Source of the DNA: Epithemia pelagica
Taxonomy: Eukaryota > Protista > Bacillariophyta
Direction: 5' to 3'
Length of the DNA: 64,000 bases
Assembly: GCA_946965045.2 (NCBI GenBank)
Contig: OX337236.1
Location: forward strand, 310,001-374,000
The stretch's first letter is position 1. Every line of letters starts with the position of its first letter. A program made the translations under genes and the position numbers. Shown here piece after piece: positions 1-9,930 of this stretch. The notes under the pieces are model-generated. The model was not told the DNA's origin and did no database searches. It saw nothing but the letters and a program-made list of their open reading frames with translations.

Positions 1-615
1 ACTGGGAGTTCTCTCCCCGAACTTAGAGGACACACGAAAAAGGCGAATGGGAAAAGTGATCTCGTAATCGGAAAGAAAGTCGAGCTACAGGTTGCGCCCG
101 ATCCCTATGACTTTGCTTTTGGTCTCATTGAATTGAAGCAAGATATTTTCAACCTGAATAAGGGACAGAATATTTTGGAACTGGCGTCTCTTGCAACAAT
201 AAGCCGAGTTGGAAAGAATGTTTCTCTGTTGGCAACGGACTGCAACACGAAATGGGAGCTATTCTGGTTTGAAGACGACAAGACGATCGTTCGTGGGGTT
301 TATCGCAGCGGCCGCAAATGCTTGGAAGATTTTCGGAAGTTTCTGGTGGGTGCAGAGAGCCGCGTCCTCCGTCCTCCACCCAAGCAATCGCGCCTTGTGC
401 TCCCGAATTTCGAAGAGCATAATGAGGATGATATTGACCCGGACGATGAACAAAATATGGATGGATTTGACGTGGATGATCCCAAAACAGCGGCATTAGA
501 ACGCCAGGGGCAACTCGGTGTTTTGGCCGACTATCTTGGCGATCTGTACGGCGCACGCCCTTCTGTTCCATTTTGGGCAATGGCTGAGAACACCTGCCCC
601 GATTATTATGTGTAG
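1..615 (+). CDS. 5'-truncated Crinkler-like protein with putative PD-(D/E)xK restriction-endonuclease-fold domain
   Basis: Frame 1 is open from base 1: ...GKSDLVIGKKVELQVAPDPYDFAFGLIELKQ...QNILEL...LATDCNTKWELFWF. The SD...ELK...Q spacing fits a PD-(D/E)xK core, followed by an acidic tail. The start lies outside the window. Confidence 0.55.
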   Translation, partial: TGSSLPELRGHTKKANGKSDLVIGKKVELQVAPDPYDFAFGLIELKQDIFNLNKGQNILELASLATISRVGKNVSLLATDCNTKWELFWFEDDKTIVRGVYRSGRKCLEDFRKFLVGAESRVLRPPPKQSRLVLPNFEEHNEDDIDPDDEQNMDGFDVDDPKTAALERQGQLGVLADYLGDLYGARPSVPFWAMAENTCPDYYV

Positions 616-658
616 TGTCAGCGACGACACTTGGATTCGCTACTCTAATCCATCTTTC

Positions 659-860
659 GAGCTGCTTTTTGGTGGTTGGTTTGGAGACAACAATTCACAA
701 TGCTGTTTGGATTTTTCGCCACATATTCTATGGATCATCTTATCTGAGAGATGATGAATGTGAATGCTTGTCAAAGGCCCTTGTCGTGGCTATCCATTGA
801 TAATACACAATTAGAGAATGTGAGAGTAATAAGGAAAATGACAATACAACCCAAGTTGGC
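659..860. repeat. ~200-bp dispersed direct repeat, copy 1
   Basis: gagctg..ttggagacaacaattcacaatgctg..atctgagagatgatga..gaatgcttgtcaaaggcccttgtc..gatacacaa..tagagaatg..acaatacaacc recurs at 1471-1695. Confidence 0.85.
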
Positions 861-1470
861 ACGGAATGGTGGACACGGCATAACTGACTGTACAAATGTA
901 ACAACAACAACGCTACGTGACTTTTACACAACACCCCTGTGCTTTGCGAGGAGAGCAGACACTAGTCAAACAAACGGATGGAAGGCGATGATGTTACGCT
1001 GTCCATACCAAAAGTCCTGTTTGGACTATTGCGTTTTAATATAGAGTCTTTGGTATCTCTATAGTACGCAGAAGAATCATTCAATATTGTGATCAGGAGG
1101 AGTACGAATGGGAAATAGGAACGTTGCATGTCGATCTTCCACTCTCTTCCGTCCATCTCTAGCTAGAGGGAGCTATGGTAGAGCAACAGCTCTACTCCTT
1201 CTTGAATCACAACCTCTCCGTCCTTGTCCTTTGTCCGTCGATACAACCACATCCACGAGCTTCGAAACCCTTCTTCTTGTTGGGAAAAACCAACAACCGC
1301 AACACGTCTCCTCTCGCTGAATATTTCAATCATTGCCCCGCTCCGTTTTCACGACTGGAATAGGATGTCAAGAACGTGCAGTCCCCCATTCCTGGCGGAT
1401 ACCTCCTTCACCGTAGCCACAAAGAGTAGTCGAAACGACCGAGGCACATTTCTCCATGGGGGACAGAAGA

Positions 1471-1695
1471 GAGCTCTTTTGGTGGGTTGGAGAGACGACA
1501 ATTCACAATGCTGTCTTTGGAGTTCGCCATGGTCTATCGATCTCATATCTGAGAGATGATGATGATATGAATGCTTGCCAAAGGCCCTTGTCTAGGCTAT
1601 CTAAGGATGATACACAACTAGAGAATGAGACTAGAACCCATTTAGGTTTATGAGAGTAATATAAGGATAATAACAATACAACCAGACTTGGTGGC
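1471..1695. repeat. ~200-bp dispersed direct repeat, copy 2 (with small insertions)
   Basis: Aligns by eye with 659-860. Confidence 0.85.
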
Positions 1696-1722
1696 GCTCT
1701 GTTTCAAGGGATTCTTCTTCTG

Positions 1723-3054
1723 TTAGAGCATGACGACGGCAGCGTCATTTCGGGTAGTGGGAGGGAACCTTCGTGGTGGCAAATAGGGATAATTGAGGGG
1801 CGCCATGCGGGACGATTTGGTGGGATCCATGGAATGGTGTGGTGCCTGTTGTTGTTGTGGTGGCGGAGGAGGAGCATGAGGCACGGAGGGTGGAGCCGTC
1901 GGAACATTGGTTCGAAGCACAAAGCCTTCTCCATCAAAGGTCATGGTCAAACTCATTTCGCCTCGGCCGTGTAACAAGTGACTAAACAAATTGGGTCCCA
2001 TGGTATTGGCCATCTGGGCAAAGGCTTGAGTACCGTGGGGGATCTCCCCCAAAACAATGGGTCGCGTGCGAACGTTGGAGGACATTCCCAAAGACGACGA
2101 GGATGGGTGAGCTTGTTTCCCACTCGTGCTTGGTTTGGGACCGTCTCTTGGGGGATCTTCCGATTGGTCCTTGCTGCTGGGTTCTCGTTGTTGTTGTTGT
2201 TCCGATGCCCCATCTTCGTCTTGTGGACCACCCGATTTGTTGCCCTTGCTCAATTCCAACAAACTTTCCGCAAAATCCATGGCAGCGTGTTCGCTCTTGA
2301 CGTTGTTGGCAGGACGAGGACCAGTCGGCTGTTCAGCCATGGCGGGTGACTGTTCACAGGAAACCGTTCGCAGCGAGTGGCCGCCACTCATTTGAGGCGT
2401 GATCAAATAGGGCTGCGGGAGACCATCTTGATCCAGTGTTGTTGCTCCTTGTTGTGCTTCGCCTTGTGGTGGTGGTTCCAATCGGGCACGCTTGGTAGCG
2501 GGAGCACTAAAGGGAGGAGGACTGTCCGAGACGGGGCGCTTGTGGGAGACGGGTTCCGGTTGACTGGGACCCTCGTGAGCGCGGCAGGAATGTTGAAAAA
2601 TTCCACATCGACGGCGGCTAATGAACCAATACCCCATGTTCTGATCCCAATTTATTTGAAAGTGAAACTTGCATCCCGCAAAGCGGCACTTGAGACGAAC
2701 TCTCAAGATGGATCGCTTCTGCGTGGGGTTGGCCCATTCCTTCACGACTACCGCAAAGCCTTGCTCGGCAAAGGACGCCTGAAACTGGCTCGCCAAGGCC
2801 GATTGATGATCGCGGCTGGGACTACTAAAGCGCTCTTGTTCCAACACGACGCGATCTCGCAATATCGTGACTCCATACGGCAATTTGAGCGGGTAGGTTC
2901 CTCGGGTGTTGTACACCTCCGCGTCCAAATAAGTGAGCAAATCAATTCGATCGGTCTCACTGGCCGTTGAGGGAAGCAAATGCTTGGGTGGCCAAAACAA
3001 GTGCTTAATCTGCTTCGTCACAGCTGCCGTAGTTGCAGAGTTGGCGTTGCTCAT
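1723..3054 (-). CDS. Putative WRKY/GCM1 (FAR1-like) zinc-finger DNA-binding protein, 443 aa
   Basis: LRVRLKCRFAGCKFHFQINWDQNMGYWFISRRRCGIFQHSC gives a C-x4-C...W...H-x-C pattern. It is a paralog of the N-terminal domain of the 16.8-19.2 kb gene. Confidence 0.6.
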   Translation of the reverse strand: MSNANSATTAAVTKQIKHLFWPPKHLLPSTASETDRIDLLTYLDAEVYNTRGTYPLKLPYGVTILRDRVVLEQERFSSPSRDHQSALASQFQASFAEQGFAVVVKEWANPTQKRSILRVRLKCRFAGCKFHFQINWDQNMGYWFISRRRCGIFQHSCRAHEGPSQPEPVSHKRPVSDSPPPFSAPATKRARLEPPPQGEAQQGATTLDQDGLPQPYLITPQMSGGHSLRTVSCEQSPAMAEQPTGPRPANNVKSEHAAMDFAESLLELSKGNKSGGPQDEDGASEQQQQREPSSKDQSEDPPRDGPKPSTSGKQAHPSSSSLGMSSNVRTRPIVLGEIPHGTQAFAQMANTMGPNLFSHLLHGRGEMSLTMTFDGEGFVLRTNVPTAPPSVPHAPPPPPQQQQAPHHSMDPTKSSRMAPLNYPYLPPRRFPPTTRNDAAVVML

Positions 3055-4379
3055 GATCTAGATTGGCAAAATGAATCGACAAGGACGACAAGTCGTCAAT
3101 GGTATCTCTCTCAACTGAAACAAGAGACTCGATGTAATCGTTCTTTGTTTTTATGGGGTGAATTGAGGCGGCGCAAAAGTCCAAACACTGCAGACCCCAA
3201 CGATCCAACCTGTAGATTCTGTACGGGGGCTCACGGGGGACAACTTCTTCCCCCGTTCCTTTTTCCCCGGCGCCGGCCTCGCCGGAAATGTGGTTTCGTT
3301 CGTGTCACGAGATCGGGGACTGTGCAACAACCAGTACAATTTCAATGACCCCAGCGAGGCGATCCAATCCAACACGTCCAACGCACGTCGCAGCCCAACG
3401 ATCGTTTCACATCTCATCGTGTCGGATTTGAAAACGAGACGGTCACGGTCCTAAGTAGATCCAACGTGAGATATTTTTGGCGAGGACTGCCGAGCGCTGA
3501 ATAGTGCAGAAAAACTGTTCCTGTGCCAAGGTGAGCCGGCATATGATAAGTAATCTTTCTCCAAGACTTTGGGCTTGGGCACTTCTCTTTATTGGTTGCC
3601 GCTCGCCTGTTTTTCAAAAATCAAATACCTAGGACATGTGCGCCGTGCGCCGTGCGGTTCGCCGTACTTTCGCACCCCCCAACCACCAAAACCAACGCAA
3701 CGCCTTGGTTACTCGCGTTGCTCGTCTCTGCTTGGGGCCTTGTTGTCTCTCTTTTGTTCCCACGACTTGACGTGCGGCCGGTTTGGGGTCTCTTGGGGTG
3801 TGGGTGGTTCCCCCCGCTGGAGAATCAATCATTGGAGGACACGACGCCGGAATGGCGCGATGGGGGAAATGCGTTCGCCATGAGTGACGAGCATCGGATG
3901 TCAGATGCCACATGTTAAATGCTGTGTGTGTGTTGCGAGTTACCAAATACTCCTAATAATGTGGGACTTTTCGGCCCCAGCCATCAAAGCGATAGAATAT
4001 GTAGAATCGAATGTCCTTCGGTGTGTTTCGTCGCATGGATTGAATCTTGACAATGACCCCGCATACCGAGACTCGGACCCCAATCCGACAAACTACCCTC
4101 GCATCCAGAACCCCTGGCTCTCCACACCAGGTTGACATTGCAGTTCCTCGAAACTCAACATTCTACGCCAAAAAGTGACCACGTCCTAGATCAATAAAAA
4201 ACTATTGCGGTAGTGTCAAGTCGATTGTCTAGCGACAGGCTCATTGATTCAAAAACGGAGAATGACCATTGTCCCACGACAGGATATACACTATGTTGTT
4301 CGAGCAATTCACATAAGACGCAACTGTACTTCCGTAGATAGACTGGATTAACTGATTCAAAGGCTCTATGCCAGACTGA

Positions 4380-4640
4380 ATGCTGCAGACTTCTCCGACA
4401 CTCGTAACTTATCTTCAGTCTTCAGGGTATCAAATAGAACTTCGGTCGAAATGTTTCCTACCGAGGCACAACAAACAACATCGTCACCACTCCTTGTGCT
4501 ATTGGTTCTCCAACACTAGTAACCCGGGTTTCATAAACATCAATTCGCATCCCTCGATTTCGGACATGAAACACACATTCAACCGTAATGGTGTCACCCA
4601 CCAAACTTTTAATTGCCCAGGAGTATCCCCAATATGGCGG
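4380..4640 (-). pseudogene. 3' fragment copy (A) of the thioesterase gene at 8496-9485
   Basis: High nucleotide similarity to about 8480-8700, e.g. tcgcatccctcgatttcggacatga and ccttgtgcta..ggttctcca. It carries indels. Confidence 0.85.
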
Positions 4641-4677
4641 CGGTTCATCGTCATGGTTGGTCGCTGGTGACAGTTAT

Positions 4678-5330
4678 GATGTGATGGAAATAGCATGGTA
4701 TGGTGGTGTTGGATGTGCTGCCGCAAGAGGGTAGGGGGCTTCTTCTTTTTACGACTTTCGAATCCTTTTTTCTCTGATGAAAGCGGCGCAAATAGGGGGC
4801 GATTCCTATTTGTTTCTTCGAGACTCTTAACTTATCCTCAGGGTATCCAATAGTGACGGAGGCAACTTCGACGTCGGTCGGTCTACGTCTTTCAAAATGT
4901 CTTGAATGGCGAATTCATCACCTAGGTCTGGAGATGATCGAAACTTTTGGTTCTTTACTCCAATGATTACCTGTTCAATGAGGTTCGACGACAGAGACTG
5001 CTGTTGCTGCAAAGCGCGGTCATAAAACTTGACTGAAAGAACGGTAGGAATAGTAGCTTCACCATTCGTAGTGATGGTTGATGGTAGACGAGAAGTGCTG
5101 GGTCAAACCAGCTTGGCCGAAGCGATTCTTCCATTGCGAAGTAGGAGTACTTGTTTGAAGGCCATTGTACAGCTTGAAGCAGGCCAGCAACACAGAGAGC
5201 AAAAGAAAACTTTGTTGGCACATTTTCAACTTCAATAGAGCTTGCGTATGGGCGAGAAAAATCCAAAGACAAAAGAAGTGGAGACAGACGGGGTTGATTA
5301 GGGTTTGCGTTAAGGACGCATGAATCAGCC
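4678..5330 (-). pseudogene. Internally deleted copy (B) of the thioesterase locus with its flanks
   Basis: Colinear with about 8357-9660 but lacks 8550-9083 (534 nt) and 9236-9319 (84 nt, containing the DTDTYG motif). It has a 7-nt insertion near the 5' end. The upstream block gggttgattagggtttgcgttaaggacg is shared (5291 and 9621). Confidence 0.88.
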
Positions 5331-6181
5331 GCTATTGTTCACGAGTAAATATAAAAAAGAGAAGAACAAAAAGATATTCTGTTGATTTGGGCACAGAACT
5401 GACGGTTGGTTGTGGAGTTGGCCCATCACCAAGGTCACCATGGTCGAACGCGATGGCAAGACGATGAATGTTCAGCGCATGGGTGTCGAATCCCATCATG
5501 TTTTTACATGTGAGAGTTGAAATTGCTGACGTGTAATAGAGAATGAAGTGGGATTTTTCGGTCAATTGTTGCTTCGGGGCGGGCCCGCCACGATTCCACG
5601 TACACATGACTCGATTAGGTCCCTAGTTGAATCTTTGACACCGACGTTCGCAGAATTCAGTCCGTCCTTGTCCCGTTGCTTCTCTGGCCATAGCTCACTT
5701 TCCTTCCTACCTTGGTAGCCTAATACCTACTCTTAATTCCTACTCCTAGGAGTAGGAGTAATTCCTGAAGATCATAATTTTTACGTCCTAGCAATACATG
5801 GGTATGGCATTCTCAGTATACTGTCGAGCACATGTGCTTATTGTGGGCAGACCCACACTTCGGGAAGCACCCAGCACAAAGTCGATCACACCGCGCTGCC
5901 TTTGCTCTTTACCAAGAACTTCCAAACCTGCCCAAGATCCAAGCACAAATCTTCTCCATCGGCCATTTTGCCCGCACCTCCCTGGCTCATTCCATCGTTT
6001 CCTCCCTGGCCTTCTATCTCAATCCAGTCGACTTCGCAAAACCCAGCGTGCCCATGTAGCTCTACCCGGCTTTGCCCCACAACTCCCCTTACACGCCATA
6101 CACTCTATCACACACTCTCCCCCCTCAGCCCCACCTACAGATCGGCCCAGCCGCTTAGTAACCATAGAGCCACAAAAAACC

Positions 6182-7075
6182 ATGACAGACAGCATGGGCG
6201 ATGACAGTGACGACGGTGGCTATGACGCTCAATTTCGGGCAGAGGACGGATGTGATGATGATGTACGTGAGTACTTCGAAACCTTAACACCAGATGTCTT
6301 AGGAGATGGTTGGTTTGATCGACGGCTGGGCACTCTTCACGATGGAATTGAGTTGGCTGCGGGCCGTGCCTTTTTCGCACACCCAAGATCTCGCGACACA
6401 CAACCTTCAAGTGTCCCTGCCCGTCACCCATTGCGTGCTCTAGCGTGGGTGTTGTCTCAAGCTCCGGTGGGATCGACCGTTCGGATATATTGCTACATGC
6501 TTACCGATCCGTATGCGATTGACCTTATTATTCACCACGGCGCAGACAAGACGGTGCAGGTTATTCTTCACCCTGATGAAAAGAACAGAAGCCGGCTCGA
6601 ACATTTCTTTAATGAACACGGGCATATCGCGTTAAGAGTATTTCGGGACCGCCTTCAGGTTCGAGTAGCGAATACGAGATTAATTCGCGAGAATAATTAT
6701 TCCTCCATGCACGACAAATCCATCATAACATCCGACCACTGTACCTTCGGTAGCTACGATCTGTCATGTCCGGCGCGGTACCAAAGCTGGGAATCACTTT
6801 ACATTGCGGATGTCGAGCCGTCCCACGTTCTGCGTTTTGATCAATTGTGGAATTCCCTTGCACGTCGAGCCATACAAGATGTTTATGAGACTTGGGCACC
6901 ATCGCCCGCTGGCGGTGACGGTAGCGGCACTGGCGGTGCTCGTCGCGGTCGCTCCCAACGAGGAAGTGGTGGTCATGATGGTGGCGCTCAAATTCGGGGT
7001 CCAAAGAGAAACAGAACTGGAGCTCAAAACGGGCTTGATAACTCCGAAATAAAAAGATTACCGTACTCCGCATAA
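6182..7075 (+). CDS. Single-domain phospholipase D-superfamily (Nuc/Zucchini-like) protein
   Basis: STVRIYCYMLTDPYAIDLII..VQVILH and SMHDKSIITSDHCTFGSYDLS..A...WESL match the PLD-nuclease layout HxK(x4)D..GSxN in variant form. The ORF is open from 5798; the likely start is the ATG at 6182, ahead of an acidic N-terminus. Confidence 0.7.
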   Translation: MTDSMGDDSDDGGYDAQFRAEDGCDDDVREYFETLTPDVLGDGWFDRRLGTLHDGIELAAGRAFFAHPRSRDTQPSSVPARHPLRALAWVLSQAPVGSTVRIYCYMLTDPYAIDLIIHHGADKTVQVILHPDEKNRSRLEHFFNEHGHIALRVFRDRLQVRVANTRLIRENNYSSMHDKSIITSDHCTFGSYDLSCPARYQSWESLYIADVEPSHVLRFDQLWNSLARRAIQDVYETWAPSPAGGDGSGTGGARRGRSQRGSGGHDGGAQIRGPKRNRTGAQNGLDNSEIKRLPYSA

Positions 7076-7456
7076 TACTGAACATGCCCCATCAATTTCA
7101 GGAGGCTAGACCATTAGATTGCGTTGACTTCTCAGCTTTTCCCCACCTTGGTGTAGCGAATCGAATGGACAGGGTTCTTATTAGAAACTAGAATGCACCA
7201 TATTGTACAAAGGAGTACGAGGACTAACAAGAGCGACCACACACTGTGTGATCTGCTATCTGATCCCATTAGTTCGACTCTCTTCTTCTGCGTCGACGCA
7301 TGCATCACGGGTAAATCGCGAGCTATCGTGTCCATCAACAGACACACACCAACGTGTTGGTGTTGGGGGTTCCTCCCTCGTTCTCGGATGGTCGTGCTTG
7401 GTTGTGGTAGACCGACTGCTCCTAGTAGGACTAGGTAGGTAGGTAGGTAGGTAGTA

Positions 7457-8460
7457 TTACGACGAGGGCGGCGGTGGTGGTGGATGCACGGTGGTGGTCA
7501 CTGTGTAGGATGATGGTGGAGGTGTATAAAAATCCGCCGCCAAAATACCCATTCGAGGCGATGGATCGGAGGATTTGGGTTCGGCGAGAGTCACACTGTC
7601 GTGCGATGGTTGTGGTTGTGGTACTTGTTGTCCTTCGGGTGCTACTGCTGCTGTCTGCGACACACTGCCCGACGAACGAGTCCATCCGCCAGTCATCAAC
7701 AAACCAGACAGACTGCCACCTTCGTGATTTCCCACAATGGACAACATGTTGCGGACCGAATCGGTCAAGGATGTCATGGTCAAGTCATTGATGGAAAAGT
7801 TGTTGGTACTGTTGTTGGCGTTGGTGCTGTAGAGACTGTCTCGGTGTTGTTGTGGTTGTTGTTGTTGTGACGTGCCGGTCGTGGTCGTTGGTGCTGTCGT
7901 ACTGACGGTCGTGGTTGTGGAACTCGCCAGAGGCATGGCCGGAGGAGGGACCGCCATTGCCATGGGGTGAGACGACGACGACGATGATGATACGGGTTGT
8001 GGTCGTCGATTCAAACTGTGTTTACTGCTAGTCGCTGTCGCTGTTGCTGTCGTAGTAGGAGTGCCGTCGACAAACCAGGACCCAATCGAATTGTAATGAT
8101 CCGAGGTGAGCCGTGATAAATTGGAATGGGGGATCTGAGGCAATCCATTCATCCAATATTTGGACGAAACACTTCCCAAGGTCAACATGTTGCTTTCACT
8201 TTCACTCAAACGGACATGCCATCCGTTTCTCCACTCGCGCCACCACTACCTGCAGCTGGGTCGTCCTTCGGTTTAGCACTGGATATAATGACTCTTGCCG
8301 ACACCGTCAATGCCCGTCTACTCAACAAAGACGTTGTGCTATTGCTGTCATTGACCGATGTGATGGAAGTAGAATGATGTGCTGGTGCTGGATGTGCTGC
8401 CGCAAGAGGGTAGAGGGCTTCTTCTTTCTGCGTCTTTCGAATCCTTTTTTTCAGACGCAA
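7457..8460 (-). pseudogene. Chimeric, frameshifted ORF: R3H-gene fragment fused to an inverted copy of the 3' end of the 16.8-19.2 kb gene
   Basis: 7380-8272 is an inverted copy of about 18388-19250, including the 3' UTR. 8297-8402 matches 10421-10529. A 1-nt loss at about 8200 gives ATG TCC GTT TGA where the donor has ATG TCA TTC TTG AGT. Confidence 0.8.
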
Positions 8461-8495
8461 GTAGGTGGCAATGCCTGTTTGCTTCTTCGAGACTC

Positions 8496-9485
8496 CTAAC
8501 GTATCTTCAGGGTATCCAATAGTGACGGAGGCAACTTCGACGTTGGTCGAAATGTTTCCTTATCGAGGCACAAAATCGTCACGACTCCTTGTGCTAGTGG
8601 TTCTCCAGCACTGGTAACCAGGGTTTCATAGACATCATTTCGCATCCCTCGATTTCGGACATGACACACGCATTCCACCGTAATTGTGTCACCTACCAAA
8701 TTCTCCGTGCCATGTTCGAAAAGGTACAGATCACGGATGCCGGATACCACAACGACGATCCCATGCTCGTCCCGCAGTTCTCGTAATGCCTTGGGTCCTC
8801 CTATAAAGTTGCTTCGAGGTCGTTCCATGTGATTCAACACGCCCACTAGCGGTAAGTGGGAAACCATGGATGGATCAAATTCATCTCGATAGGCAATAAA
8901 GGAATCAGCTCGCTCCAAATACGATTCTGATATGGAAGGCTCTTCTTTAAAACAAGCTTTGGCATCAAAGAACTGTCCTGCACCTTGACAAGCACATGTT
9001 GTCACACCAGTGGCTGAATGATAGACCGTACTACCGTCCAGACTTGTGGTGGACAAATCCCACACCTGTCGCTGAGTCGAATCGTCTACGTCTTTCAAAA
9101 TGCCTTGAATGACGAATTCATCACCCAGAACTGGAGATGATCGAAACTTTTGGTTCTTTACTCCAATGATTACTTGTTCAATGAGGTTCGACGACAGAGA
9201 CTGCTGTTGCTGCAAAGCGCGGTCATAAAACTTGAGGTAGTTGGAATTTAGCACCACTCCATACGTATCCGTGTCTTCAATAAATACAGCCATGGGATCG
9301 GACGTGAATGTTGTGCCAACTGAAAGAACGGTAGGAGTAGTAGCTTCCCCATTCGTAGTGATGGTAGACGAGAAGTGGCGCGTCAAACCAGCTCGGCCGA
9401 AGCGATTCTGCCATTGCGAAGTACGAGTACTTGTTTGAAGCCCATTGTACAGCTTGAAGCAACATGCCAGCAACACAGAGAGCAA
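8496..9485 (-). CDS. Double hot-dog acyl-CoA thioesterase (4HBT/YbgC-like), start codon uncertain
   Basis: VFIEDTDTYGVVLNSNYLKFYDRAL is the YbgC/4HBT motif. A second hot-dog unit has AYRDEFD...VLNHMERPRSNFIGG. The N-terminal RFGRAGLTRHFSST looks like a mitochondrial transit peptide. There is no in-frame ATG upstream of 9293. Confidence 0.8.
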   Translation of the reverse strand: MLSVLLACCFKLYNGLQTSTRTSQWQNRFGRAGLTRHFSSTITTNGEATTPTVLSVGTTFTSDPMAVFIEDTDTYGVVLNSNYLKFYDRALQQQQSLSSNLIEQVIIGVKNQKFRSSPVLGDEFVIQGILKDVDDSTQRQVWDLSTTSLDGSTVYHSATGVTTCACQGAGQFFDAKACFKEEPSISESYLERADSFIAYRDEFDPSMVSHLPLVGVLNHMERPRSNFIGGPKALRELRDEHGIVVVVSGIRDLYLFEHGTENLVGDTITVECVCHVRNRGMRNDVYETLVTSAGEPLAQGVVTILCLDKETFRPTSKLPPSLLDTLKIR

Positions 9486-9930
9486 AAGAAAGTTTTGTTG
9501 CCTTCAACAGCTTGTATGCTGGAACGTGATTATTAGTCTCGAAGCTAGTTTGATTTTCTTGAACACATCATTGTCGAAATTGTTGAGCCGCCGAAATCCA
9601 GACTGACGTAAGTTCCTAGTGGGTTGATTAGGGTTTGCGTTAAGGACGCTTGAATCACGCACGGGTAGCTGTAGCTAAAGTGTACTCCCACTCCTATTAA
9701 CTTAGGAGTAGGAGGTAGGAGTAGGAAGACCTTCATCCACCTAGGAGTATCGGCAGTCAAGACCCACGAGCGAATAAAAAGTACGCACATATGAATGAAA
9801 AAGGTTTTACTAATGTACAAGACTTTCTACTACATTTGGTAGGTGAGAGGTTCCACACGCAATGTGCGGACCATCTGGGTTGACGCTCGCTCGCTGTCTC
9901 TCTCATCTCGCCTTCTACCATTCGAGAGTG

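Noticed and set aside
3400-4240. Several 60-110 aa ORFs upstream of the zinc-finger gene
   Set aside because: They overlap in several frames, lack motifs and have no clear splice structure.
5798-6181. 128-codon N-terminal extension of the PLD ORF
   Set aside because: Composition looks like promoter/5' UTR (pyrimidine- and CA-rich); the ATG at 6182 is the more plausible start. Not proven.
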